Shown: one piece after another, positions 51,497 to 53,389 of the stretch
Position numbering within the stretch: position 1 is the first letter of the stretch
Layout of the letters: every line of letters starts with the position of its first letter
Origin: Verrucomicrobiota bacterium
Lineage (GTDB): Bacteria; Verrucomicrobiota; Verrucomicrobiia; Verrucomicrobiales; DEV007
Assembly (NCBI GenBank): GCA_045046875.1
Contig: JASFYY010000129.1
Span: 1 to 53,389 of the forward strand
Direction: 5' to 3'
DNA: 53,389 nucleotides
Program-made: the position numbers and the translations under genes
The notes under the pieces: model-generated
What the model saw: the letters and a program-made list of their open reading frames with translations, nothing else
Database searches by the model: none
What the model was told of the DNA's origin: nothing

Positions 51497-52456
51497 TTAC
51501 TCAGCAGCCAGGCGCTGGCGAAGTTGCTGGGCACGTTTGCCGTCAACTACGATGATGTTGGCAAGGGCGTTGCCGAAGTTTTTAAAGTCCCGGTAGCTCC
51601 AGAGCAGTTTTTTGTCACGATTGACTTCGATGATTTGCGGATGGTCGGGACCGGCGTGGCAGTTGCCGATGATGAAGTTGCCGTTGTTGAGTTCCTGTAA
51701 ACAGGTGACCCAGGCGAGGGTGACGGAAGGGATGTCATTTTGTTTCAGGTGCCAGACGATTTTTTTCTCGGGTGTCACTTCGAGCACACTGTGACCGTTG
51801 CCGGTGGCGATCAGGTAGTTGCCGTTTTTGAGTTTGATCGCAGAAAAGACCTTGCCACCCCAGGCTTCGGGGCCGTGGCCTTTGGCTGGAGCCTTGTCAA
51901 AAAGCGGGATCTTGAATTGCCAGACCACTTTGCCATCAGGGCTGTATTCCTTGACCTCCTGGTCACCTTCGTGGGCTACCAGATAATTGCCGTTATCTAG
52001 TTTTCTGGTTATTCTTGTATTGGTGTGGGCGTGGGCTTTGGAGACTTGCATTGGCATTGACTTGAGAAGTTTGCCTTGTGAGTTCACTTCGATGAATCGG
52101 GGGATGCCGGACTCGGCAATCAGAGTGTGACCATTGTTGAGACGTTGGAAGGAGTGGACCTCCACTTTTTTCCCTTGATTGCCGTTGGTGGTAGCGCTGT
52201 TGTAGCGCCAGACGACGGATTGATCCGGAGCGATTTCGATCAGATTCTGCATGTCCGATTGGGTGAGAATGTTGCCACTGTCCAATAGCTGCAGGTCGTG
52301 CACCGCGCGGACGGGGTGTTGCCAGAGAACTTTATTGTTAGCAGCGGGGTCGATGATTTTCACTCCTTTGCCGCCTTCGGCACCGATGATCAGGCGGTCA
52401 TTGGCGAAGCCGATAAGAGGGAGGGACAATAATAAGGTGAGCAGTAGTTTTTTCAT
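51497..52456 (-). CDS. Secreted beta-propeller protein (PQQ-like / arylsulfotransferase-like)
   Basis: Repeated L.NGN.L...EV...K.VW blades; signal peptide. Confidence 0.82.
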   Translation of the reverse strand: MKKLLLTLLLSLPLIGFANDRLIIGAEGGKGVKIIDPAANNKVLWQHPVRAVHDLQLLDSGNILTQSDMQNLIEIAPDQSVVWRYNSATTNGNQGKKVEVHSFQRLNNGHTLIAESGIPRFIEVNSQGKLLKSMPMQVSKAHAHTNTRITRKLDNGNYLVAHEGDQEVKEYSPDGKVVWQFKIPLFDKAPAKGHGPEAWGGKVFSAIKLKNGNYLIATGNGHSVLEVTPEKKIVWHLKQNDIPSVTLAWVTCLQELNNGNFIIGNCHAGPDHPQIIEVNRDKKLLWSYRDFKNFGNALANIIVVDGKRAQQLRQRLAAE

Positions 52457-52474
52457 AGAATGAGGGGGATTAAA

Positions 52475-53389
<915 letters not shown>

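Overview
A 53 kb, gene-dense bacterial chromosomal segment. Gene content (DUF1501, DUF1080, sulfatase, FG-GAP protein, PocR-AraC, GldA/F/G-DUF4340 ABC operon) suggests a PVC-group organism, probably Verrucomicrobia; this is an inference. About 50 CDSs lie mostly on the G/T-rich + strand. They include housekeeping genes (trmD, xth, ligA), a Gld-like ABC system, an orphan amino-DNA methyltransferase, a TetR-controlled RND pump, a stress/sensing cluster (DnaJ, USP, PAS kinase, NarL-type regulator, PocR-AraC), a putative amino-acid or amino-sugar-acid catabolic operon (SDR, RidA, D-TA family, M19 dipeptidase, DUF997, SSS transporter), a MacAB/DevBCA-like ABC exporter and several secreted hydrolases. 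I found no rRNA, tRNA, CRISPR array, integrase or transposase. The most notable observations are: a C39-like peptidase split at a G9 tract just upstream of trmD; xth bracketed by a perfect 35-bp inverted repeat; four families of short intergenic repeats; a FixL-like PAS domain on a NarX/NreB-type kinase coupled to a USP; a coherent but unassigned PLP/RidA/SDR pathway; and a soluble beta-rich insertion in the SSS transporter. All family calls come from motif recognition by eye, not database searches. Nothing here is a proven novel system.
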